Assembly: GCA_965223545.1 (NCBI GenBank)
Contig: OZ245006.1
Location: 5,632,001 to 5,696,000, forward strand
Direction of reading: 5' to 3'
Length of the DNA: 64,000 bases
From: Planctomycetota bacterium
Lineage (GTDB): Bacteria; Planctomycetota; UBA1135; UBA2386
Shown here: one piece after another, positions 39,377 to 47,821 of the stretch
How positions within the stretch are numbered: the stretch's first letter is position 1
Layout of the letters: the number at the start of each line of letters is the position of its first letter
The notes under the pieces: model-generated
Told to the model about the DNA's origin: nothing
Databases searched by the model: none
Seen by the model: the letters and a program-made list of their open reading frames with translations, nothing else
Position numbers and translations under genes: made by a program

Positions 39377-40099
39377 TCAGGAGCCCGCGTCGAGCGTGCG
39401 CGCGCGCACCCGCAGGGCGCTGACGCGCGGCGCCGGCCGCGCCGCGCGCGGCCACGAACGCGGCACGGGCGTCGTGCCGGTCGACCGACTGTCCACGCAT
39501 CGCCAGAGCCACCGCGCGGCTTCGTTGCGGCCGAGGCCGATGCGGGGCGTCCAATGGGCGGCGCGGACCCGCGGCGCGGACTCGATCCAGATTCCGGCGG
39601 GCACGCAGAGCCGGGTACCGTCTCGGTCGAGGTCGATGCCCATGGCGGCGCACAGCTTGCCCGGACCGTTGGCGAGCTCGCGATCGAGGGCGCCGGCGCG
39701 CAGCAGTCGGCTGCGCTGGGAGGACGGTGTCGAGTCGGCGCGCGCTGCGCGCATCTGCGCCAGTCCGGAGACTGGCTCGATCGCGCGCAGCAGCACCGCG
39801 GTCCCCTCCGGGCCAGCGGTGACGTTGGCGCAGTGGTGGTTGCCGTAGGTGAAGTAGACGTAAATGTGGCCGGCGGGACCGAACATCGTGGCGCACCGCG
39901 CGGTCGGGCCACGGTATCCGTGCGCGGCCGGGTCGAGCCGGCCGGCGTAGGCCTCGGTCTCGACGATGCGTCCCGCCAGCCGCTGCTCCCCCTGCTGCAC
40001 GACGAGGTGCTGGCCGAGGAGGGCACGCGCCAGCCGCAGCACCGGCTGCTCGAAGAAGTCGGGCGCGAGGCTGCGCGCGGAGTTCGGCATGCGCCACAC
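39377..40099 (-). CDS. mpg: DNA-3-methyladenine glycosylase (MPG/AAG family)
   Basis: GRIVETEAY, MFGPAGHIYVYFTYG.HHC, AVLLRAIEP, NGPGKLC, TPRIG. Confidence 0.9.
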   Translation of the reverse strand: MWRMPNSARSLAPDFFEQPVLRLARALLGQHLVVQQGEQRLAGRIVETEAYAGRLDPAAHGYRGPTARCATMFGPAGHIYVYFTYGNHHCANVTAGPEGTAVLLRAIEPVSGLAQMRAARADSTPSSQRSRLLRAGALDRELANGPGKLCAAMGIDLDRDGTRLCVPAGIWIESAPRVRAAHWTPRIGLGRNEAARWLWRCVDSRSTGTTPVPRSWPRAARPAPRVSALRVRARTLDAGS

Positions 40100-40135
40100 G
40101 ATACGGCGTCGCGCGGCGTCGCCGGGAGAGGGCCG

Positions 40136-40258
40136 TCAGCCGAGGTCGAGGGCGAAGCCGACGACCAATGCCAGCGCGAGCGCGCCGACCAAGAGGGCTC
40201 CGGGGCCGGCGGGTGCCGGCGCGAGGCGCGCGCGCAGGGAGAAATAGTGGTGCAGCAT
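40136..40258 (-). CDS. Possible 40-aa single-TM peptide
   Basis: MLHHYFSL...GALLVGALALALVVGFALDLG; hydrophobic C-terminal half; co-oriented with mpg. Confidence 0.35.
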   Translation of the reverse strand: MLHHYFSLRARLAPAPAGPGALLVGALALALVVGFALDLG

Positions 40259-40382
40259 GTCGTTGCCCGTAGACGAACGACGGGGCTCGGCATTCCCGAT
40301 TCGGCAAAAAGGGAGCCGGCTGGGACCGGCGCGGGTGGTCGGCTTGCCGGCGCCGGAGGCGCCCGAATAGAGTACGAGGCGC

Positions 40383-43300
40383 ATGCCAAGCTCCCTGCCG
40401 CGGTCGGTTCCGTTCGCGGTGTTGCTGTTCGCGACACCGGCATTCGCTCAGTTGTCCGAGTTGCTCGAACCGGTGCGATGGCGCGAGGTCGGGCCGTACC
40501 GAGGCGGGCGCGTCGCCGCGGTCTGCGGTCTGCCGGACGATCCTCAGACGTACTACTTCGGCGGCTGTGGGGGCGGCGTGTGGAAGACCACCGACGCCGG
40601 CCGCAATTGGCGCTGCGTGTCCGATGGCTTCTTCGGTGGTTCGATCGGCGCGGTCGCCGTGGCGCCGTCCGATCCCAACGTGGTCTACGTCGGCGGCGGC
40701 GAGAAGACCGTGCGCGGCAACGTGTCGCACGGCGACGGTGCGTGGCGCTCGGACGACGCCGGCCGCACGTGGCGGTCGATCGGGTTGGCCGACAGCCGGC
40801 ACATCTGCCGGATTCGCGTGCACCCGAGCGATCCCGACGTGGCCTATGCGGCGGTGTTGGGGCATCTGTTCGGCGACAACGCGGAGCGCGGCGTGTTCCG
40901 CACCAAGGATGGCGGCGCCAGCTGGCAGCGCGTGCTGCACGTCAACGACCAAGCCGGAGCGGTGGATCTCTGCATGGACCCGACCAATCCGCGCGTGCTC
41001 TACGCGTGCATGTGGCGCGTGCTGCGGACGCCGTACTCGCTGGAGAGCGGCGGCGAGGGCTCGGGGATCTGGAAGAGCACCGATGGCGGCGACGAGTGGG
41101 TCGAGATCGGCGGCAACCCGGGCTTGCCGACGGGCACGACCGGTATCAGTGGCATCTGTGTCTCGCCGACCGACCCCGACAACGTGTACGCCATCGTCGA
41201 AGCCGAGAAGGGGGGCGTCTTTCGCTCACGGGACGCGGGCGAAACGTGGACGCGAGTCAACGACGACCGGTCCCTGCGTCAACGCGCGTGGTACTACACC
41301 CGGATCTACGCCGATCCGGCCGACGCGGAGGCCGTCTACGTTCTCAACGTGGGCTTCCACCGCTCGGTCGACGGCGGCCGGACCTTCCGGCGCATCCGCA
41401 CACCGCACGGCGACAACCACGACCTGTGGATCGCGCCGGACGATCCGCGGCGGATGGTGCAGAGCAACGACGGCGGCGCCAATGTGAGCGAGGACGGCGG
41501 TGCGTCGTGGACTGCTCAGGACAACCAGCCGACCGCGCAGGTGTACCGCATCTCGGTCGACAACTCGTTTCCCTATCGCATCCTCGGCGCGCAGCAGGAC
41601 AACTCCGCGTTCCGGATTCGATCGCGCGGCGCCAGCGGCGGCGGCGTTGGAGTGCGCGATTGGGAGCCGACGGCGGGCGGCGAGAGCGGGCACATCGTGG
41701 CCAAGCCCGACGACAACGACATCGTGGTCGGCGGCAGCTACGGGGGGTTCTTGACCTGGCTCGACCACCGCACGCGGGAGCGCCGGGCGGTCAACGTCTG
41801 GCCCGACAACCCGATGGGTTGGGGCGCCGCGGACCTGCGCTACCGCTTCCAGTGGAACTTCCCGCTGTTCTTCTCGCCGCACGATCCCGACGTCCTCTAC
41901 GCCGCCGGCAACGTCCTCTTCGTCAGCCGTGACCTGGGCGCCAGCTGGCAGCCGATCAGTCCCGACCTGACCCGCGACGACAGCAGCCGCTTGGGGCCGT
42001 CGGGTGGGCCGATCACCAAGGACAACACCGGCGTCGAGTACTACTGCACGATCTTTGCCGCCGCCGAGTCCGCGCTCGAGCCGGGCCTGCTGTGGGCGGG
42101 ATCCGACGACGGCCTGCTGCACGTCTCCCGCGATGGCGGCGAACGGTGGCAGAACGTGACGCCGCCCGGCCTGCCGGAGTGGGCGCAGATCAACAGCATC
42201 GACGTCGACCCCTGGCGGCCAGGCGGTCTCTACGTCGCGGCGACGCGCTACAAGTCGGACGACTTCCGTCCGTACCTGTTCGCGACCGCCGACTACGGAG
42301 CGAGCTGGCGCGAGATCGTCGCGGGGATCGAGCCCGATCACTTCACCCGCGTCATCCGTGCCGATCCGGCGCGCGAGGGCTTGCTCTACGCCGGTACCGA
42401 ACGCGGGGTCTACGTGTCCTTCGATGACGGCGGCGTCTGGCAGTCGCTGCAGCTCGACTTGCCGGTGGCGCCGGTCACCGATCTGCAGGTCGCGCACGGC
42501 GACCTGATCGTCGCCACCCAGGGTCGCGGGATCTGGGTGCTGGACGACTTGGCGGTGGTGCACCAAGTGTCGCCGCGTGGGATCGCCGAACCGGTCGCTC
42601 TGCTGCAGCCCGAGCCCTGCTTCCGCCTGGTCACCGGCAGCCGTCGTCCGGCGCGCGGCGACGTCGAGCGGGCTTCGCCGGCGTCCGGCGCGGTGTTGTA
42701 CTACTGGTTGGCGGAGGAGCTCGAAGCCGACGCCGCGCTGACCCTGGAGATCCGCACCGCGGGTGGCGAGATCGTGCGGACGCTGCGGCGCGCGCGCGAT
42801 GAGTCCGAGACCGAGGACACCGAAGCCCGCGGCGCGGCGCGGCGGGATGCCGTGTTGGCGGCCGGCGCCGGATTGCACCGGGTCGAATGGGACCTGCGCT
42901 ACGGGGATGCGGAGGGGTTTCCGGGCATGGTGCTCTGGAACCGCCGCCTCACCGGACCCATGGCAGTGCCCGGTATGTACACGGTCCACTTGACGGCCGG
43001 CGAGCACCGCGCCGAGGCGGAGCTCGAAGTGCGCGCCGACCCGCGCTCTGGGTCGACGCCGGAGCACAGGGCAGCCCAGCTGCAGTTCTCGCTCGAGGTG
43101 CGCGACAAGCTCACCGAGACCCATCGGGCGATTGCGCGGTTGCGCACTGTGCGCAAGGGCATCGCGGCGTTGCTCGCGCGCGCGGATGGCATCGCCGACG
43201 GCGACGGCGTGCGCGACGCGGCGACCGCGCTGCGGGACGCGCTCACCGGGGTCGAGGAAGCGCTCTACCAGACCCAGAGCAAGAGCGCGCAAGACCCGCT

Positions 43301-43535
43301 CAACTTCCCGATCCGTCTCAACGACAAGCTGGCGGGTCTACTCTCGCTGGTGTCGACCGGCGATCGGGCGCCCACTCGGCAGGCGCTGCAGGTGCGCGAC
43401 GAGCTCGTCGAGGCGATCGATGCCCAGCTGGTGGTGCTCGACGGGCTGTTGTCGGAGCGCCTGCCCGAGCTCAACCGCCAAGCGGGGGCGGCGGGAGTGC
43501 CGGCAGTCGATCCGGCGGCGCCCGAGTCGAAGTAG
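40383..43535 (+). CDS. Secreted BNR/Asp-box (Vps10/sortilin-like) glycosyl hydrolase-like protein
   Basis: WREVGPYRGGR; many S/T-x-D-G/A-G-x-x-W Asp boxes; HGDNHDLW; RFQWNFP; C-terminal helical tail DPLNFP. Confidence 0.9.
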   Translation: MPSSLPRSVPFAVLLFATPAFAQLSELLEPVRWREVGPYRGGRVAAVCGLPDDPQTYYFGGCGGGVWKTTDAGRNWRCVSDGFFGGSIGAVAVAPSDPNVVYVGGGEKTVRGNVSHGDGAWRSDDAGRTWRSIGLADSRHICRIRVHPSDPDVAYAAVLGHLFGDNAERGVFRTKDGGASWQRVLHVNDQAGAVDLCMDPTNPRVLYACMWRVLRTPYSLESGGEGSGIWKSTDGGDEWVEIGGNPGLPTGTTGISGICVSPTDPDNVYAIVEAEKGGVFRSRDAGETWTRVNDDRSLRQRAWYYTRIYADPADAEAVYVLNVGFHRSVDGGRTFRRIRTPHGDNHDLWIAPDDPRRMVQSNDGGANVSEDGGASWTAQDNQPTAQVYRISVDNSFPYRILGAQQDNSAFRIRSRGASGGGVGVRDWEPTAGGESGHIVAKPDDNDIVVGGSYGGFLTWLDHRTRERRAVNVWPDNPMGWGAADLRYRFQWNFPLFFSPHDPDVLYAAGNVLFVSRDLGASWQPISPDLTRDDSSRLGPSGGPITKDNTGVEYYCTIFAAAESALEPGLLWAGSDDGLLHVSRDGGERWQNVTPPGLPEWAQINSIDVDPWRPGGLYVAATRYKSDDFRPYLFATADYGASWREIVAGIEPDHFTRVIRADPAREGLLYAGTERGVYVSFDDGGVWQSLQLDLPVAPVTDLQVAHGDLIVATQGRGIWVLDDLAVVHQVSPRGIAEPVALLQPEPCFRLVTGSRRPARGDVERASPASGAVLYYWLAEELEADAALTLEIRTAGGEIVRTLRRARDESETEDTEARGAARRDAVLAAGAGLHRVEWDLRYGDAEGFPGMVLWNRRLTGPMAVPGMYTVHLTAGEHRAEAELEVRADPRSGSTPEHRAAQLQFSLEVRDKLTETHRAIARLRTVRKGIAALLARADGIADGDGVRDAATALRDALTGVEEALYQTQSKSAQDPLNFPIRLNDKLAGLLSLVSTGDRAPTRQALQVRDELVEAIDAQLVVLDGLLSERLPELNRQAGAAGVPAVDPAAPESK

Positions 43536-43557
43536 ACCGCCGGCCCGCGCAGACCGA

Positions 43558-44091
43558 CTACCGGGCTTTGGATGCATCACCCAGGGGCGCCGCGTGCCAG
43601 TGGAACACGCGCATGCCGGGTTCCGCATCGCCCCCATCGGTCCACCGCAGCAGCGCCGTCGCCCGCAGCGCGACGCGCTTCGCGTCGGCGCCGCGGCCGT
43701 AGTGCCGCTCGAGCTCGACCACGGCAAACGACAGGTCGCCGCTGGGGCACGCGGCGCGGATCGAGCGCACCTCGGTGCGCAGCGGCTCTCGTGCGCGTCC
43801 ATCGCCCGCCGTCGCCATGGCGGCGATCGCGTCATCGAACAACGCGGGCTGCGGATCTTCGATGCTGGCCAAGGCACCGTCGTCGTCCAGGGTGAACGCG
43901 TCCCCCGGCGCGGGCGCGAGCCGCGCCGCCAGCGCTTCCGCGTCGCCGCGATCGATGGCCGCGAGCCAGTCGCGCACCGCCTCGATCACGGTACCGGGCC
44001 CCGGCGGCGGCGCCGTGCGAGCGGGCGGCAACAACGTGACGGAAGAACCCAACAGGGCGAGAGCAGACAGCAGGCAGTGTGACTTGCGCAT
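43558..44091 (-). CDS. Secreted NTF2/SnoaL-like protein
   Basis: Signal peptide; W..AI..GD.EAL; C-terminal LRATALLR...MRVFHWHA. Confidence 0.65.
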   Translation of the reverse strand: MRKSHCLLSALALLGSSVTLLPPARTAPPPGPGTVIEAVRDWLAAIDRGDAEALAARLAPAPGDAFTLDDDGALASIEDPQPALFDDAIAAMATAGDGRAREPLRTEVRSIRAACPSGDLSFAVVELERHYGRGADAKRVALRATALLRWTDGGDAEPGMRVFHWHAAPLGDASKAR

Positions 44092-44124
44092 ACCACGCGT
44101 CAGTCGTTCCCACCCCCGCACCCG

Positions 44125-45639
44125 TTAGCGCTTCACCGAGCGCCGCACGAACACATCGTGGTGCGGGTGGCGAGCGGCGAGCGCGTAGGAGCCCCATTCG
44201 GCGGCGAGAACGGCGTCGCGGTGCAGCCAGTCGAGTACGTCGAAGCGCGGGTCGTCGACGAAGCCGAGCGGCGGGCGGCGGACCAGGACCACGCCGGGGG
44301 GCGCGTGCTGCCAGTCGGCGCGCAGTGCCTGGCGCAGCGCGCGATGCGGCCAAGGCTCGGTGCCGTCGGCCGCGGCCTGGCCTGCGGTGCCGGCGAGGGG
44401 CCACAGGCAGCCGAAGCGGCCGGCGAGGGGGATGCCGGCCAGGGTCAGCGCGGGAAACGCCGGCGTGAGCTCGGTGTCGAGTGGCAGAACGGAGCGGCCC
44501 CGCGCCACTGCTGCGATGGCGTTGGCTTCGAGCGCCGCGTGGCGCCACGGCTTCTGCCAACGCAGGCCGATCCCGTTCGGTTGTCGCTCCAGCGCCGCCA
44601 ACCCGCAAGCGCCCGCGATCGCGATCGCGGCCGCGCGCGCGGCGCGAGGCGAGAGCGCCCGTGCCAGCTGTCTTGCCGCCGCCAGCCAAGCCACGCCGAG
44701 GGCAGGCAAGTAGTGGTAGGCAAATCCTTTGTGCTGGACCATCGCAGCGGCCAACAGCAGGCCGGCGAAGCCCGCCAGGGTCCGGCTGCCGGGGCTGCGG
44801 TGGCGCTGCGGCCAGCCGGCAGCCGCCAGCGCCAGGGCTGCGGCCGTCCAGGCGCGCGGGTGGCCGACCACCTCGGCCCAGCCGGCGTCGTATCCACCGT
44901 AGGAGTGCCAGGCCAGCGCCGCGGTCTCCCACAGGCCGGCGCGCATCTCGGCCGGCAGCAGGAGAACGTGCCCCGCGTACGCCGCGAGAACGCCGGCCGC
45001 GGCCGCGTGCTCGGCACGGCAGGGCACGGCCCCTGCCCACCGCCGGACCGCCCAGGCAACGCCGAAGGCGGCGACCAAGATCGGCTTGAGCGCGACGCCG
45101 AGACCGGCGAGGGCACCGATCGCGATCCGTTGCGGCAGCGGAATGCGCGGCGATGCCACGGTCCAGCGCAGCGCCAGGGGCACGACTGCGATCAGCGTCA
45201 AGTGCTCGCGCTGGGCGAAGTCGGCTCCCGGCAGAGCGGTGACGATGGCGGCCACCGCTACCATCACCGCGCACCGGCGCCACGCACCAGGCTCGGCGCG
45301 GCGCAGGATCGAACCAGCGAGCAGCAGCGAGACCAGTCCCGCGGCCAGAACCGCTGCGTGGACGACCGCCGCCACCGGCAGGCCGCTGGCCGCGGCAAGC
45401 CACGCCGGCAGCGCGGACAGGTAGACGATCAGCGGCGGATTGACGTCGACCACGTCGACGTAGAGCGTCGCGCCGTCGAGCCAGCGGCCGGCGACGTGCG
45501 CGAACCAGGCCGCGTCGTGGTTCAGGGTCCACGGCGGCGCCAGCCGAGGCGCCGCGCCGATGACCCAGACCGCCCACGGAAGGGCCGCAGCAAGCGCGGC
45601 CCCCGCTCGTTCAGTTGCCGGAGCCTTCGCCGCCGCCAC
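44125..45639 (-). CDS. Polytopic membrane protein, GT-C-like glycosyltransferase
   Basis: First loop NHD...G..LYVDVVDVNPP; FAQREH; LKP; QHKGFAYH; about 10 TM segments. Confidence 0.6.
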   Translation of the reverse strand: MAAAKAPATERAGAALAAALPWAVWVIGAAPRLAPPWTLNHDAAWFAHVAGRWLDGATLYVDVVDVNPPLIVYLSALPAWLAAASGLPVAAVVHAAVLAAGLVSLLLAGSILRRAEPGAWRRCAVMVAVAAIVTALPGADFAQREHLTLIAVVPLALRWTVASPRIPLPQRIAIGALAGLGVALKPILVAAFGVAWAVRRWAGAVPCRAEHAAAAGVLAAYAGHVLLLPAEMRAGLWETAALAWHSYGGYDAGWAEVVGHPRAWTAAALALAAAGWPQRHRSPGSRTLAGFAGLLLAAAMVQHKGFAYHYLPALGVAWLAAARQLARALSPRAARAAAIAIAGACGLAALERQPNGIGLRWQKPWRHAALEANAIAAVARGRSVLPLDTELTPAFPALTLAGIPLAGRFGCLWPLAGTAGQAAADGTEPWPHRALRQALRADWQHAPPGVVLVRRPPLGFVDDPRFDVLDWLHRDAVLAAEWGSYALAARHPHHDVFVRRSVKR

Positions 45640-46177
45640 TCTCGCCTTCCGCCGGCGCCGGCTTCAGCGGGACGTGGACGCCCATGTTGCCGAATGCGAT
45701 GGTCAGCAGAGCCTCGTTCGCCTCGGCAGCCGCTCCGAGCGCGATGTGCATGCGCGTGTGCTTGTGCTCGGTCTCCTTCAGTGCCAACCGCCAGACGATC
45801 GGGTCGCCACCATCGTCGCCCTTCGGCTTGAGGTTCAGCAGCCACGCGCCGCGCTCGTGCAGGGTGAAGTACATGTCGTACTCGCCCGCCGGCACTTTGC
45901 GGCCGGCCGCCACCAGCGGGATGCTGGTGTGGACCGAGCCCATCGGGCGCCGCTGGGCGGCTCCGTTGATGCGCTCGCGCAGCTGCTCGTTCTCGGTGGC
46001 GTTCATCCACTGGCCTTCGCCGAAGTGGATCGCGGTGTAGCTCAGTGCCAGCTTCGACTCGTCACTGAACTCGATCGATTGGCTCACGGTGGGCGCGTTG
46101 CTGTTGATGCTGCCGCCGACTTGCGCGGTCAGAGGAAACGCGAGCAGCAAGGTCGTCGCGAGGGGGAGGATTCGCAT
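45611..46177 (-). CDS. DUF2911-like secreted protein
   Basis: Signal peptide; VSQ...LSY; G.KVPAGEY.MY; W.L.L; L.IAFG. Confidence 0.6.
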   Translation of the reverse strand: MRILPLATTLLLAFPLTAQVGGSINSNAPTVSQSIEFSDESKLALSYTAIHFGEGQWMNATENEQLRERINGAAQRRPMGSVHTSIPLVAAGRKVPAGEYDMYFTLHERGAWLLNLKPKGDDGGDPIVWRLALKETEHKHTRMHIALGAAAEANEALLTIAFGNMGVHVPLKPAPAEGESGGGEGSGN

Positions 46178-46383
46178 TGGTGGTTCCTTCGGTTCTATTG
46201 GAGGGTCGAGACTCTGTCAGCGCCCACGAGGGGCAGTCGCGCCAGAGTACGCCGCGCGCACGGAGTGTCCACTGGACAATCGCCGTGAGGCACCACGGCG
46301 GCGCGAGCAACTCGGGAACCTGTCCCAGTAGCACCCCCAATGCCGTGCGCTGCCTTCCCGCGGCCCTCTGTTACGATGGCACC

Positions 46384-47730
46384 ATGGTGCTTCCCCGGTC
46401 GATGCTCGCCCTGGCGGCTCCCACGCTGCTCCTCGCCTGTGGCGAGGCCTGGATCACGGGCGATCACTCCTACATCAACGACAACGGTGCCCGGATCACC
46501 ATCTCGCAGCGCCGGGGAGAACGCACGCGCCGCGCCGAGCTGCTGCGGCTGCCGGGGGCGGAGGACCGGCTGCGCATCGAGCAGCTGACCGTCGAGGGTG
46601 GCACCCTCGACGAGCGCCTCGCCTGGCTGTGGGAGATCCTCGACGGCGACACCGTGCTGGTCACCGGGGCCGGCGAAGAATGGCCGCACCCCGACCGGGT
46701 GTTGCTCGACAGCTGGCAGCTGCGATTGCAGAGCGGTGACGCGGCGCCGGCGGACGTATTGGCGGGCTGTGGCGCGATGATCCGCGTCGACAGCCGGGCC
46801 GCGCTGTTCGCCGCGGCGGTGGCGGCCGCGCCCGACGCCGAGAGCACGCAGCGGCTCGCCCTCGGCTGTCAGTCGGCGTTGTGGGCGCCGCGCCAGGGCG
46901 GCCTGGAGCCCGCTGGGTCGGCGGCGCGCGCCGTGGTCCGCTGTGCGCAGGAGCTGGCGGCCTCGCCGCACGTCAACCGTGAGATCGGCGACGTCGCGGC
47001 GCGGTGGGTCTCCTTCGTCGACAGCTCGAGCCGGCAGCGCGAGCTGTTGACGGCGCTGGTCGGCGTCGCCTCGCCGGCGGCGATCGCCGCGGCGACGACC
47101 TCGATCTCGAGCAGCAACAACCAGCGAGAAGTGCTGCTCGAGCTCGCGCGGCAGCCGACCTTGGACGGAGACGCGGTGGCAGCGATCACCGCGGCCATTG
47201 CCGAGATCGACTCGTCATCGGCGCAGCGGGATGTGCTGCTCGCCCTCGTCGGCCGCGCATCCGCACAGCAACTGCTGTCGGCCGCGACCGAGATCGACAG
47301 CGGCAACAGGCGCGCGGACGTACTGCGGGCTCTGGCCGCGCAAGACCCCCTGCCGAAGGCGGACGCCGACGCATTGGCGGCGGCGAGCGCGACCCTGTCC
47401 TCTTCCAGCGCTCGTCGTGAGCTGCTGCTCGGGCTGATCGGCACCGCCGACCCGGCCGCGGTGCTCGCGGCGGCGCGTGAGATCGACAGCAGCCACCGCC
47501 GTGGCGAGGTGCTGCGCGCTCTGGCCGCGACGCCGGATCTGTCGGTCGACGTCGCCGATGATCTGGTGCGCGCCAGCGGCGGGCTGACGTCCGCGGAGGA
47601 GACCGCGGTGCTGCGTGCGCTGATCGGCCGGGCGTCGACGGATGTGTTGATCGAAGCCGCCGCCGAAGTCTCGTCGAGCCGAGACCGCGCATCGTTGATG
47701 GAGGCGATCGCGCGGCGCGGCCAGCGCTGA
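46384..47730 (+). CDS. Lipoprotein with a C-terminal alpha-solenoid of alternating 29/34-aa repeats
   Basis: Lipobox LLLAC; eight units beginning (I/V/L)(D/S/T)S followed by xVLxAL-type helices. Confidence 0.75.
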   Translation: MVLPRSMLALAAPTLLLACGEAWITGDHSYINDNGARITISQRRGERTRRAELLRLPGAEDRLRIEQLTVEGGTLDERLAWLWEILDGDTVLVTGAGEEWPHPDRVLLDSWQLRLQSGDAAPADVLAGCGAMIRVDSRAALFAAAVAAAPDAESTQRLALGCQSALWAPRQGGLEPAGSAARAVVRCAQELAASPHVNREIGDVAARWVSFVDSSSRQRELLTALVGVASPAAIAAATTSISSSNNQREVLLELARQPTLDGDAVAAITAAIAEIDSSSAQRDVLLALVGRASAQQLLSAATEIDSGNRRADVLRALAAQDPLPKADADALAAASATLSSSSARRELLLGLIGTADPAAVLAAAREIDSSHRRGEVLRALAATPDLSVDVADDLVRASGGLTSAEETAVLRALIGRASTDVLIEAAAEVSSSRDRASLMEAIARRGQR

Positions 47731-47821
47731 GTTCGGCCGCACGACGCCGTACTTCGCCCCTCTGGCGGGAAGCGCTTCACCCGGCACTGGCGGCGCGTCG
47801 ATGTAGCCAAGGCGTCCCTCG

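Noticed and set aside
40300..40335. Hairpin plus U-tract on the minus strand upstream of the 40-aa ORF (attenuator or riboswitch)
   Set aside because: Only a 5-bp stem, separated from the U-run, and no recognisable aptamer.
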